Assembly: GCF_036321535.1 (NCBI RefSeq)
Contig: NC_087436.1
Coordinates: 43,030,001-43,094,000, forward strand
Reading direction: 5' to 3'
Length of the DNA: 64,000 bases
DNA from: Camelus dromedarius
Taxonomy: Eukaryota
Every line of letters starts with the position of its first letter. Position 1 is the first letter of the stretch. Positions 50,993 through 63,554 of the stretch are shown piece by piece. Made by a program: the position numbers and the translations under genes. The notes beneath the pieces were generated by a model. It was not told the DNA's origin, did not search any database, and saw only the letters and a list, made by a program, of their open reading frames with translations.

Positions 50993-51567
50993 TTTTATTG
51001 AAGTATAGTTGATTTATAACGTTGTGTTAATTTCTGGTGTACAGCATAGTGTTTCAGTCATACATATATATATTCCTTTTCATTGTAGGCCATTACAAGG
51101 TATTGAACATAGTTCCCTGTGCTATACAGTAGGACCTTATTGTTTATCTACTTTATATATAGTAGTAATATCTACAAATCCCAAACCCCCAACTTATCCC
51201 TTCCCAACCTCTTCCACCTTACCCCTAGTCTGTTTTCTATGTCTGTGAGCCTGTCTGTTTCATAAGTAAGTTCACCTGTCTTTTTTTTTTTTTTAGATTC
51301 CACATATAAATGACATCATATGGTATTTTTCTTTCTTTCTGGCTTACTTCACCCAGTATGATAATCTCTAGGTCTATCTATGTTGCTGCAAATGGCATTA
51401 TTTCATTATTTTTTACAGCTGAGTAGTATTCTGTGGTGTGTGTGTACACACACACACACACACACACCACATCTTCTTTATCCAGTCATCTGTCAATGGA
51501 CATTTAGGTTGCTTCCATGTCTCGGCTATTGTATACAGTGCTATGAACACTGGGGTGCATGTATCTT
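50993..51567 (-). mobile_element. Young L1 3' end fragment containing a (CA)n run
   Basis: ttttattgaagtatagttgattt...gttccctgtgctatacagtagg...ttctggcttacttcac...atgaacactggggtgcatgtatctt is near-identical in places to positions 1-410. Confidence 0.9.
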
Positions 51568-53671
51568 AATTAAATTTTGAACCAATGCAAAAGAGCAGCC
51601 AGTGTGGAGAATCGACCCATGTTTGCCCAGTTGCTCTATGTTATCCTTATAGATCCCCTCTCTCCACTTATCTGGGTCTTTGAAGGATCTCGTATTGTAC
51701 TTTTTTTTTTTTTTAACTTCTACCACTTTATGTCTTGTATTAAATCAGACCCTATAAAATTGCTGACAGTCCACCATTTTTAGACCGGCAAAATCCACTT
51801 ATTTCATACAATTCAAACAAATCTCTCTACATTGGTTGAAAGTCATTGTCCATTATTAGAGACTTTTTCAAGCAAATAAACAGTCCACAGGCTGAAATCA
51901 TAGCCTTATGGTTAGTTCACCCCCTGAACTTAAACAGACCTGAGGATATGAGATTTAGTTTAGAAAATATCTCTTTACTATTAACTTTATACTAAGCACT
52001 TGTGATTACTTCCATTAAAAGGCTCTTCTGTGTTTCACAGAAAGAATTTTATAGGAAATCATATGCTACATAACTGAGGATTTTAAAGACAATTTTTCTA
52101 CATATAGTCCCAAACTGCTTTTTCTTCTACCATCCATGAAATCAAGAAACAACAAAAACTGTGGTTACTGAAAATAAAAGCCTCCTAGGCAACCATCTCA
52201 TACAATACAAAAATAATCTAATGCTGGCAGAAACGGTCCCTTGGAAATAGTGGCTCATTTGTTTAGAGTTCTACTGTTATTAACTTCTGGTGATCAGGGA
52301 GTGAGAAATGGAAAAGGTGCCACAGAGAATCATTAAGAACAACACACCAGATAGAACCACTTAGCTGACAAGCCACATAGTACCATTTGGGGGGAAACAA
52401 ACAAACACAGAAAAGTAGAGAAAACATTTTCAACCACCACTGAAGAGCATGAAGTCCCTGAAAATCCTGGCAGATTCCTGAGATCTCTACAAAAGAAGAG
52501 GCCATTTCAATGCTGTTGTCCCAAACCAGTAACAAACGCCAGATGTGTTTGAAAAGAGCTAGGAAAATGAAAGAGACATTCTTATCTGGAAGTTAGCAAT
52601 GTTTCAATGAGAGATTCAAAATGCCTAGTGGCTCATAACCTTTTGTGGCCTTAAATGCACAAATGCCTCGGCAGGAGCGGAGCCTGCAAGGTCAGGCCTG
52701 ACTTGACTGCAGAGCCCCACCTGGAAGCTTCTGTGCACTGCCAGAGAGCCTTGATACCAGACTTTGGATTTTCCTACTGCACTCTCTTTGTGCTGTCACT
52801 TACTCGAAATGATAGAACCAGCCTTTGAACTCTAAGACTAAAGTAATCGTTGTGTTCATTTTTCTTGAAAAGTTTCCTGAACACTTGCTGAGTGCACAAA
52901 CTGCACTGACCTTCAAAGACAGTGAGGGTGTGCATGGACCCAAGGCAAGCCCAGAGCAGAGGGGGGGACCCCTCTCCAACACAAGAAGATATGTCAAAGT
53001 CTCTTCCTGGGACTTTGACAATGTCACCATTGAGCAAACACAGCATCCTTGCTTTCTTACTATTTCCTTCCCTATAGCGTCTCATATTGGAAAACAGTTA
53101 ATAATTGCATAGGCACTGAAGGATTTCCCAGTGTGGTTATCCAGATACGGAGGAGATGACCAGAATTCCTGCTTACACACACAAAACGGTTTCTCAGTCA
53201 TTAATAGAAGATTCAGGGGTGGATCATATTAGGCTTATAAAACGAAATATTTTCAAATTATTACATTTCTTTGACTCAAACAGAGGCTGGAAAACCAAGT
53301 CAGATTAATTTGTCCTTGAAGACTTTCACCTGATTTGATTTATTTTTTAAAATTTATTTCATTGAAGAACATTTAATGAGATCACCCACTTAAATTTTCT
53401 TTTACCTGAATTTATTGATCATTGCCTTGTATCTTCATTTTTTCTCTGTACAGAGAACCTTTTCTGTTACTTGCCATAAAAAAAAATTACTTCAAAATGA
53501 AATGTAGTTAAATCAGTTATTTGATAAAATACAGTATTTTGTTCTAGCTGAATTTAACAATGCTTTCAAATAAAATAGTCAAGTCTGTATAAACACAGCA
53601 ATTTTAGACCAACTCTTTTGAGATTTCTTCACAATGTTTTAGCCTTCCAAACCAATTAGTTAATTTTATAG

Positions 53672-54022
53672 GTATCCCATCCTTTTGGGCTACTAATAAC
53701 AAATTATCATAGTCTGGGCAGCTTATGAACAACAGAAATTTGTTTCTCACAGTTCTAGAGGCTGGAGATCTGAGATCAGGGTGCCAGCATGGTTGGATTC
53801 TGGGGAGAGCCCTCTTCTAGGTTACAGACTGCTGACTTCTGGTTGTATCCTCACATGGGGCCAAAGAGCCTAGTCTCTTCCTATAGGGGACTAACCCCAT
53901 GCATAAGGGTTCCACCCTCATCGCCTAATTACCTCCCAAAGACCCCATCTCCAAACACCTTCATACAGGGATTAGTCTCAGCAGAGGAATTCTAGGGGAA
54001 CCCAAACTCACCGTCCATTGCA
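53672..54022 (-). mobile_element. MLT1A-like MaLR solo LTR
   Basis: aacaacagaaatttgtttctcacagttctagaggctggaga...gatcagggtgccagcatggt...ctaattacctcccaaagaccccatctcc. Confidence 0.85.
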
Positions 54023-55046
54023 ATAGGTTTTAATCATAAAAACAGCCAATCATTACATAATTATTGTCTCCCTTTGCAACACAAAGACCAAAAGGAATCA
54101 GCCTATAGATATATAAATAAATGTATATATATTTACATATATGTAAATACCCACATTCTTCTGACCAGTTGTTTTTCCCCATGTAGCTGTAAGACTTACT
54201 CTTGCCTCCTTCAAGTCTTTACTCGTGTCACCTCAGTGAGACCTTCCCTGCCCAATCAGTCCAAAATTACAATCTCATCCTTACACCCCAGTTCTTATTA
54301 TGCTTCCCTGATTTACTCATCTCAATAGGAAAAATATACTTAAAAGGTCGTTGCAGGGCAAACCAAACAAACTAAAACAAATAGTGATAGTAAATGTGAC
54401 CCGTTATTTTTAGATGTTATCACATAGAATAGAGAAAAGGGCAAGACCTGTGGGGGGAAAACACAGATTCTCTATTTAAGTAGGGAGACTAAAGCCCAAA
54501 AGGGCTCTAAGGTGCCTGGAACCCTACAGCAATAGCATTCATGGCCACAGCCATTACAAATGGGTGAGTTGGCTGCAGTTTACTGTAGATTTTCAGTTTC
54601 TTCACAGGTGACTGAAGAGGTTGCTAAACCTTGTGCACTGAAACCAAAGGAAAAGATTTCCCCCAACTGCTGACAGCCTCTACCTGCCACGAGTTTGAGG
54701 TTTCTGAGCTAGGGGTGCAGTTGAACAGCAAAAGAGCCTTCCTGGAGCTAATGAGCCCTTCTGCAGGCACCCTGCACTGGTGAGGCCTCACAAAAGTCAA
54801 CACCGGATCGCTCAAGGGAACTTTCTGGAGCCTAATTGGGCTTTCCGACACTGTCAATAGGCACAGCTATTGGCATGCCCCCAGGTGACCTGAGTTGCCT
54901 GCTCTGAGCTCTCTGCTGCCTTCTTTAGCACTTGCTAGAGAAATGTTTACGATTTGTTGAATTACGGAGCAGAAAGGGCAGAAAAGGATTCAGTGTGGTG
55001 CACGATGGCAGCCCACAGTTGCTATCTATCTAACCTCACAGGAGAT

Positions 55047-55284
55047 AGTAGTAACATAGAAAAAAAACACTGATCACCGATCACCATAATAAATATAATA
55101 GATTTGAAATACTGTGAGAATTACCAAAATGTGACAGTCAGGAAGTGAGCAAACGCAGTTGGAAAAACGGTGCTGGAAAGACTCGCCTGACGTAGGGTTG
55201 CCACAAACTTTCAATTTGTAAAAGAAAAAATGCAGTATCTGTGAAGCCCAGGGAATCTAAGTGCAATAAAACGTGGTCTGCATG
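55047..55284 (+). mobile_element. Tigger1 3' terminal fragment
   Basis: cactgatcaccgatcaccataa...gtgagaattaccaaaatgtgaca...agggttgccacaaactttcaatttgtaaaa...gtgcaataaaacgtggtctgcatg followed by TA. Confidence 0.85.
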
Positions 55285-55499
55285 TACTTTATTGCCAACT
55301 AATTTGATAAAGACTGTCCAGGGAGAGTTGCTTTAATGACTGAGTTATCGACATAGAATGGGAGGTCTAAGCCCTCAATTAAATATTTCATCCCACTCTA
55401 ATCCCATGAAGGAAAGAAACTCACAAATTCACTTTCGCAAAAGAGAAATCCGTTCACCATATTTTCTTTAAAAATGAACATGCTATTGGAGTATGGAGG

Positions 55500-55712
55500 A
55501 TGAATAATTCAACTCTTGGGCTCCGCAATCAGATAGCACTGCCTCTTATTAGGTATGTGTGCTTGGATATGGCCCAGTTTTTGTGACTATGAAATAGGGG
55601 TAATAAAAGTATCTACCACTTAGGGTTGTAGTGAGAATGAAAGGAAACCATGTACATAAAGTATTTAAGACCGCGCTGGACAGGTAATCTCTCAAACATT
55701 CGCTGTTACAAT
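55500..55712. mobile_element. MIR SINE remnant
   Basis: ctatgaaataggggtaataaaagtatctaccacttagggttgtagtgagaatgaaagga...tgtacataaagtatttaag. Confidence 0.7.
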
Positions 55713-55719
55713 GATTTCT

Positions 55720-56636
55720 TGTTACACCTTTAAAGGAAAAACCTACAATTCTTCCCTATTGGAAGGAAAAACCCAGTCTTTCCTTCCAATGAGCCTTTCT
55801 CCCGAGTGTCTCCTTTACTACTCAACGACGCATAACACAACACATTTCTCACACTTCTGATCACCAACTACGTTGGGGTTTTTCCCACAGCAAGCAATTC
55901 TCCAGGCCATCTGGGTGTCCTACAACTTATTTCAATTCTGACACCATCTACCTAGATACAGCATCGGATCCCACAGGTAAAGGGCTCAGTCCCACCAGAC
56001 TGCCGCCTCTCCCCCGCTTCAGATGCCAATTCCAAACCCAGGTAGTCACCTGTGCTTCTGACCCACCCGCTAAACGTTACAGCTTCCAACGACCCTCTCC
56101 TTGGGTTTGAGTAATTTGCCAAAGCAGCACACAGAATTCACAAAAACATTTTACTTACGTTTGCTGGTTTGTTCTTACAAGATGTGATAACGCATACAGG
56201 TGAATATCCGCGTGGAATACATGCGTAGGGCAGGGTCTGGAGAAAGGGTGCAAAGCTTCTCTGACCTCTCCAAGTACCACCACTTGCTCACCAACCCGGA
56301 AGTTCTCCAAACCCAGGCCTCCTTGGGCTTTTATGGAGGCTTCATTACATAGGCATGATTGACAAACGGATTGGCCATTGGTGACTGACTTAACCTCCAG
56401 AATTTCTCCCCTCCCCGGAAGTCAGGGGGTGGGACTAAAAGTTCCAATCCTCTAATCACTTAGTTGGCTCCACCTGCAACCAATTCCCCATGCTTAGGTG
56501 CTTACCAAAAGTCATCTCACTAGCATAACAAAAGACATCTTTATTGCTCTTATCATTTAGGAAATTCCAAGGGTTTTAGGAGCGCTGAGGAACAAAGATC
56601 TAAAATATATTTCTTACTATAAATCACAATATCACA
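55720..56636 (-). mobile_element. MER21-like ERV solo LTR
   Basis: ctgggtgtcctacaa...caattctgacac...ggatcccacaggtaaagggctcagtcccaccagactgcc...ttttatggaggcttcattacataggcatgattga...aaatcacaatatcaca. The left boundary is uncertain. Confidence 0.8.
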
Positions 56637-57932
56637 ATGTGAGAAAAAAATGCTTTAAATTCTTCTTAACATGAATATGTGATAAGGTCAGAGTGCTAAA
56701 TAGTATCACAGACACCTCTCAATCGCCTGTGCTTAGAAGACCAGGAGTCGGAAAGGATACTTATCCACAGTTCAAACTCCATTTCAGCTGAAACTAGTTA
56801 ACTCTATTTTCACCAGCCTTAAGAATTAATTACCAGGCATGTGTTGATTTCACCATCTCAGTCTCCTTCTCGTCACCACCTGGTTCAGGTGCTAATCAGT
56901 GGTGAAACAGTCAAAGGTCTCCCTGACCCAAACAGCCTTTTCCAAACTACTTCAATTTAGTAAAATAGCATTTACTGAATGTAAACGTGCTGGGCATTAG
57001 GCATTTGCTGGGGCACTGCCTTTCCTCTTGTTCCTTTAAGATAAAGAACTTCATTCCCATCTGCCCATGTTCTGCGAGACCGAGGAAGCTCAGGAGAACA
57101 TGGTTGGCTCAATTAATGCAGGGGCTGAGGGTGAAGGAGAATCCCACCCATTGTGGATACAGAGGCAGAACAGAGGAGCAGTCGTCCTCCCCTCCCGCCC
57201 TGCCTCCCCATCAAGGCTTTTGACCTTTCCTCAGCGCTTTGCTCTTGATTCAAGCTGGCTCCTAATACAAAACCCTGGATCAACACATAAATTTGGTTCT
57301 CTGCACTAAATCTTAGACCACTATTGTGGAACCCAGGCCAGAATCAAAAAGGACCTCTATTTATCAGTTTCTGTTTGTTGCAGGACGCATAGGTTGTTTC
57401 CAGGATAGCTCAGTCACCAGATCTTCCCCCGACAGGGGAGGGCATGAGGCCATAATCTGTTTACTCCATTTATTTCTAAGCCAGAGAGGAAGACCAATAA
57501 ACACTGCTGTTAGCTCTTCTTGAAACCGAACTCTTATTTTAAAACTCCTCGTGAATTACTCTCTTCATTTTAATGATCATTAAGTCCACTCATTTAATCC
57601 AAAGGAAGGAAATACATAAAATCCTAAGTAAAACACTATTCAAATAACCACCATGGATATCGTAAGAGGCAAGCCATCAATCACCTCATTTCATCTACAG
57701 AGTCCTGACATTTTAGCAACAGGGAAAAAAAATTCAGACATGTTTAGTAGTAACCATGACATTTATTACTACAATAGCCTCATATTGCTCAAGAGAGAGC
57801 TCTGTTCTCTATGAATGAACAATTATTGAAGACAGTGTTTTTTTTGTTTTGTTTTTTTTTAACTCTCACTTTGCTTTGGCAGGTCCAGCCAGTCTGCAGG
57901 ATGCATGTCTTCTTGCAGGACACATACCCTGC

Positions 57933-58556
57933 TGTAAACAAGCAGGATCCTATGGGACCTTCCAGGAACAGACCCCTCTCCCTGCTCCCCACCATGTCTA
58001 CCACCTGCCTCTTATTTGTAGAAAATCTTTAGTTTCTTAGGCCTTCCCTGAGTTCCAAGAGAACTGAGAAAATGCAGAAACAAAGGAAAATAGTCAAGTA
58101 TGACAATAATAGTTTAGGCCATTAAACAAAGTTAAGGACCTTTAGTTCCTCCTCGAGGGCTATAGATAATATTCTTGAGCCATATCCTAGAACTATTTTG
58201 CAGTTACTAAAACCCCACCCAGGTGGCAGAAGTTAACTGTATGCTGCCCACAAGCACATAGACCCCAGACTGGCTGGAATCTGAAGGTTGGTGATGGTGA
58301 CTCCCAATTACCTCACCACAAATCAGTCAGAAGAATGTCCATGAGCTGATCACGCACCACAACCCTCTCCCTCACGCTGCCTTTAAAAATCTTTCCCTGA
58401 AAGCCATCAGGGAGTTTGGGACTTTTGAGCGTTAGCTTCCTGGACTCCTTGCTTTATGCCTGCAGAAAATGCTGCACCTTCCTTCACCACAACCCAGTGT
58501 CAGTAGATTGGCTTTACTGCACAAGGGTGAGCAGACCCAAGTTCGGTTCAGAAACA
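57933..58556 (+). mobile_element. ERV1-class solo LTR, 624 bp
   Basis: Starts TGT and ends ACA. Perfect 4-bp TSD CTGC (57929-57932 / 58557-58560). TATA-like ctttaaaaa near 58381. A 4-bp TSD is typical of ERV1. Confidence 0.88.
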
Positions 58557-59887
58557 CTGCCACCACGTGAAAAGAAAGGTCATCAGGGCAAAGCCTCTTC
58601 ACCCACCCTGAAACTGGGTGGAAAAGTCAGTACAAAAAAGTAGAAACAGAGTAGGAAGCCTAATTTTGGTTCCAAACCCCTGCCTAATCCTACTTTACTT
58701 ACCAAATTAAAATTGATCTTTACCCCTAAAACTTTTCCCCATCTGGCTGAGAACTCACAGGAGAGGGGATGTGATTCACTGTCACCTTCACATTCCATTA
58801 CAAGCAGAGGGATGGATAATTAAGAATATTAACTTCCTTATACGTAAACCCAAGTTCAGATTTGGTTTATAAAAATTGTTTTCAAAAATTTATTTTGAAA
58901 GTGGAAATTCCAATCAACCTTTTGACTGTTTTGTTGAGTTAGTTGTTGGCCAAATTTAGGATCACCTGTAACTCTCATTGGCGATGACAAAGTGGCTGTG
59001 ATATACGAGGCCAGAATGAAAGCACATTCAGAAGCCCCAGTCTGTGGTGAGATGAGAGGGTGGGGGCGAAGTTGTTAACGTTACATGCGTGATTCTGGGC
59101 TTATGTTGTGATTATCTGAAGGAGAGGAAGAACATTCACGCATTAATCAGATTTTCTAAATAAGTATTTATGAGCCACAACAATTTCTAATGCAATATAA
59201 AGCTCCAAACTGAACTTTCAACTAAATGTGAAATCAGCACAATTGTAAGGTCTCCTTTTTAAGGTTCAATAACTTAAAATATATAAATATTTCACTTATT
59301 TTATGACATAAGTTAGTAAGGATTTCTGCAAGGTAAGGAATGAAACTATGACGTTTCACAAATAGAAATGAGTCTAATGGGTCATTAGACATATTACAGT
59401 TTTACTAAATTGGAACAGGTGTATTATATAAAATTTATTTTGCTTTTATTTCCGTCTATTTTACAATATACACTGTTTTGTTACTTGTGAAAGGAGTATA
59501 TTTTCAAAGCAGAAAACCTGGAAAGCACAGAAAAATAGAAAAAGAATAAAAGTTAATTCTTGTACTAGCAGATGTCATCTTGTCCTTTCTCCATGTTGTG
59601 CATGAATGTGTGAGAGCCTATGTGTATGAGTGTGAGAACCTGTGAGTGTGACCAAGTGCGTGTGCATGCATGTGTCTCAGATGCTAAATGATACTTTTCT
59701 GCTGACTCAGAGCCTGGAGTGTTTGCAAGGCCCAAAGGGCAAGAACCATAGGTGCTTGGCCATCCCCCCATGCAGGACAAGCTGAGTTTGTGAAACCAGT
59801 TTGGCAACCCGAGCTCATCACTCACTCGGCAAGAATCAAACAGAAAGGGGACGGTGGGGGAAGAGCCAGGACTGACGGCGTGGAGTA

Positions 59888-60303
59888 CAAGTTTCCTCTG
59901 CTACCTGAAAGTACAGCGTTCCCAGGAAAACTTTGTAAGCCGAAATGACACAGAGCAAAGACGCAGTTCCCTAAAGGTCACATCTGGCTAAGGGGTACAC
60001 AAAATAAATGGAGGAAAAAAAGCACAGATGCTCACAGACACGGCTCAAAGGTATGGTGGCCTGATGCTGAGATGCCAAGTGTAGTCTGGGGGAAGGAGCT
60101 TGGAGGTGGGGCTCTTGCGGCTGGGGACACGCGCTGCCCCTATAAGGGCTCCTGCAAAACAAACACTGAACGCTATTTTTGATTTTTGCCTTTTCCCGTA
60201 TACACTAAAATCCTAAATTCAGCTAGTGAAAACAGGTACTAACGTAGGTGTCTCATAAAGGCGACGTGGCATGAAGTGAACTTTCGAAAACTGAGGGTGC
60301 CTG
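59888..60303. mobile_element. Tigger-family non-autonomous DNA transposon (subfamily uncertain)
   Basis: TA-preceded end CAAGTTTCCTCTGCTACCTGAAAGT and a degenerate inverted end ACTTTCGAAAACTGAGGGTGCCTG. The internal aaagcacagatgctcacagacacgg resembles a recalled Tigger MITE. Confidence 0.65.
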
Positions 60304-60304
60304 C

Positions 60305-60860
60305 ACCTTGCTGAGACCGCTGACGTCCTGTGAGCTCCCTTCTCACTCCCCAGTGAAGCACGGGGAGCTTCATGGAAGCCACCTGCCCGGTAAGCACGTG
60401 TTCTCTGTAACCGAGGAGACCTACATCGCCTGCTCCGGCCCAAAGAGTGCGAAGCGGTCCACCGGGGCAGCGCAGAGGCGAGGAGCAGGTCTGCTCTGGT
60501 ACGGCCTGCACTTGCAGAGATTCACAGGGCAAGCGGCACAACGGCCAAGCGGACAGGGAAAGGGGACTGACCTTGAGGTGGCGCAAGAAGAACTCAGTAT
60601 GAGGACATGCAGCGTGAGGCGGCCCCCAAAACAGAGTACTGGTAGCTGGGGTTAGGTGGGCAGTTATCAAGCAGCCGGCAGACGGGCTCCAGAGATCGGA
60701 GCCGCGGTCGGAGCCGCGGTCAGAGCCGCCGTCAGAGCCGCAGGACTGAAACAGGCCCTCAGGCCAAATCACGTGTGCGCATGCGTGCCCTGACACGCAT
60801 GCGCGCCACAGACCACCCCCCCTCCTAATCCCTCGGTTTTTTCCAGAACGTTAGTTACGT
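60305..60860. promoter_or_regulatory. CpG-rich promoter/enhancer-like island
   Basis: GC and CpG content is visibly far above the window background. E-boxes CACGTG (60395-60400, 60770-60775), two NRF1-type motifs (60776-60787, 60794-60805) and a CRE-like TGACGTC (60321-60327). Confidence 0.6.
60696..60743 (+). repeat. GC-rich 12-bp minisatellite, 4 copies
   Basis: TCGGAGCCGCGG TCGGAGCCGCGG TCAGAGCCGCCG TCAGAGCCGCAG. Confidence 0.9.
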
Positions 60861-61829
60861 ATACATGTATTTGTATATGCATTTTTCCTTTGCAAAATAA
60901 CATTTTACCCCACATACCAGCAACTCTCCGAAAATTTATCAGCTGTTTGTCAGTCCGAACACGTTACAGCTTTACTTTAATAAACCCTGTCCTTGATAGT
61001 TACATTCTATTTTATAAAAAGGTTATTTTCAAAAAGGTTGATTTTGGTATCACCATCAGGATTTTCTTTTCTTTTTGGTGTTTTTTCGACCCTCTTTCCT
61101 GGACCGCGCACGACTGCTCTGTCTCCTGTCTCTACCGCTTCAACCCATTCTATCCAGCACTTTCCTGGTCAAGTATCTGCTGTGGTTGTGTAGGGCCAAC
61201 CACATAGCATCCAAACTCCGCAGCCTGGTATTCAAGACTATCTGTAACTTAATGTTAAAAATCTTCTCCGATTTACTTCTCATCATTCCCCAAAACTAGC
61301 TTCCTCCGTCGTGAAAACTGATCTATTCCTAGCGCCTGAATCTGCCTTACACACGCCCTCCTTCTTGGCTGTGCTCTTCCCTTCCTCTAGGTTCCTCTCC
61401 ACCTACCTGGGAACGGTAGTTGGAAATTTTGGCCTGAAAGGTGAGGAAGGGAGAGATATGGAATGGATTTGGGGGCATAGCAGATTCTAGTCAAGTTTGT
61501 CTTAAATTAAGCTAGGAAAATCTATGGGGGAACATTCGCAGCGGCTGTGGAGAGGAGAGAGGGAGAGATTAGCATGGAGATCAACAGCCATTGCAATGAA
61601 GAGATTACAGTGCTTTTATGGTAACAAAATATTGCTTAAATAACAAGGTACAGGATGCAGTTGCATGATTATATGCTTCGGAAAAGCTCCCAAGAAAGTC
61701 ATTTTCTCTAAAGACAAAACTGACTTGCCAGCCAGCTGCAATTAATAACGTTTTATTAGACATTTGGGCTGCCTTTCATTATACAAGTAATTCCCAATAT
61801 GATGGAGTAGTTATTATAAATGTGGCTTC

Positions 61830-62032
61830 TGGCATCAGAGCTCTCACATCCCAGCCCTACCACTCCTGGTTGCGAGACCTTGGGCAAGTACTTCACTTCC
61901 TTGTACCTCACCTTCCTCTGCGGCAAAATGGGAAGGCTAACTCCATGTACCTCAACAGGAACGTTGTAGTGTACAAGCAAAGTGCTTAGAACAGTATCTG
62001 TTCATAAGAAGCTCTCAAAAACTGTTAGCTAT
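61830..62032. mobile_element. MIR SINE
   Basis: atcccagccctaccactcctggttgcgagaccttgggcaagtacttcacttccttgtacctcaccttcctctgcggcaaaatggg...aaagtgcttagaacagt. Confidence 0.85.
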
Positions 62033-62354
62033 TTTTAAAAGAATAGAATAATATCTAAACAGATTTGGGTTTAAGTAGCTTTTACTTGTTTAATAAACTT
62101 CAATGTGGTTAAATTTTCACTGAACGGTCACTGTAGTCACTATGTGAATCTGACTGCAAGCTACAATCACAGCCTGTTAGAGCTGGCAGAGGTCTTAAAG
62201 TCTTCCAGCCCACACCCCCTCCCCATTTTCCCAGTAAAGCTGAGATTTGGAAAAGTCCAGCAACTTTTCCAGTCACAGATCTCCAGAGCTGGGAGATTTC
62301 CACTCTATTTGTAGCGGACACCACCTGGAGCCGCTGGGCAAATGACCTACCGTC

Positions 62355-62371
62355 TGCTGCCCTCTAGTGGC
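62355..62371 (-). promoter_or_regulatory. CTCF binding motif
   Basis: Minus strand GCCACTAGAGGGCAGCA matches the CTCF core consensus CCASYAGRKGGCRS exactly. Confidence 0.75.
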
Positions 62372-62417
62372 ACGTTGGGGAAATTTTCTTATGAACAATA
62401 ATAGAAAAAAGATCATA

Positions 62418-62636
62418 CAGTTCATTTCTGAATATGGGAGGGTGGGGGTTAGGGGTACTGAGCCTCCGTGGAGTTGAAATTTCGGGTATATCTTGTACCA
62501 GGCCCTCAGTATTGTGGTTCCATATCCACATTTCCCAACTGAGGATTGTGTAAGTACTATAGTATTTACTATTGAGAAATAGCTGCATGTAAGAGCACCC
62601 TCACAGTTCAAACCTGTGTTGTTCAAGGGTCAGCTG
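62418..62636 (-). mobile_element. Tigger2a-like element, opposite orientation to the copy at 19780-20012
   Basis: TA-flanked. Right end cagttcaaacctgtgttgttcaagggtcagctg|ta. Confidence 0.85.
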
Positions 62637-62812
62637 TAAAACAAGAACTACTTATTTGCAGAAGGTTCAACAGGCATGTACCAAAGTCTATATGCTATTT
62701 GCATTATGAAGTGAAAGTTAAAACTACTAGATGTTTGTTACTATTTATATTTACCAATAGCTAAAATTCTTTCCATACAAATCATATGCAGAATTATTCC
62801 TCTTTTTGCATA

Positions 62813-63215
62813 CAGATCTTCCTTAACTTACAGTGGGGTTATGTCCTGATAAACCCGTTGAAAGTTGAAAATATTGTAAGTCAAAAATGCATTTAATACA
62901 CTTAATCTACCAAACATCATAGCTGAATCTAGCCTACCTTAAAAATGCTAAGAACACTTACATTCGTCTAAAGTTGGGAAAAATCATCTAACACAAAGCC
63001 TACTATATAATAAAGTGTTGAATATCTCATGTAATTTATTGAGTTCTCTACTGAAAGTGAAAAACAGAATGGTTATCTGGGGACAGAATGGTTGTTAAGT
63101 GTATCAGATGTTTATCCTTGTGATGGCGTGGCTGACTGGGAGCTGCGGCCACTACCCAGCGTCATGAGAGAGAATCATACACATACCATTAGTCTGGGAA
63201 AAGACCCAAATGGAA
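62813..63215 (+). mobile_element. MER47/Tigger5-like DNA transposon, 3' truncated
   Basis: ta|cagatcttccttaacttacagtggggttatgtcctgataaaccc...gtaagtcaaaaatgcatttaatacac...ggctgactgggagctgcggc. Confidence 0.8.
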
Positions 63216-63554
63216 AATCCTTAGTGCCTTTAATTTATTTTTAAAAATCCAGGTTACTAGACAAAAAGCAATGAAGTAAAAGTAATTTTCTATTAAGAAC
63301 AAATTTTGCTCAAAAGTGCAATATCATTTGTGAATACATCTTAAAAGTAAATTATTTCGATTTGCATCATGTAACAAACAGAAGAATCCTCTATTTGTTA
63401 CACATTCTTTCTATTCTTTTGCTTTAAATAATTTCATGAATGTATTAATTTTGACACATTTACATGTGCTGATTCATAAATATTCCATAAATGATATTAC
63501 TTTACAAAGAGACAGGTGAACAAGCTTTGATACAAATGAAAATGGGAATATTTT

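Noticed and set aside
54130..54149. 20-bp perfect palindrome TATTTACATATATGTAAATA
   Set aside because: It lies in AT low-complexity sequence where palindromes arise readily.
60239..60796. 185-aa minus-strand ORF with GSDR repeats, the longest in the window
   Set aside because: It has a non-ATG start, its repeats come from the 12-bp minisatellite, its tail enters a Tigger element, and GC-rich DNA has few stops. No recognisable domain.
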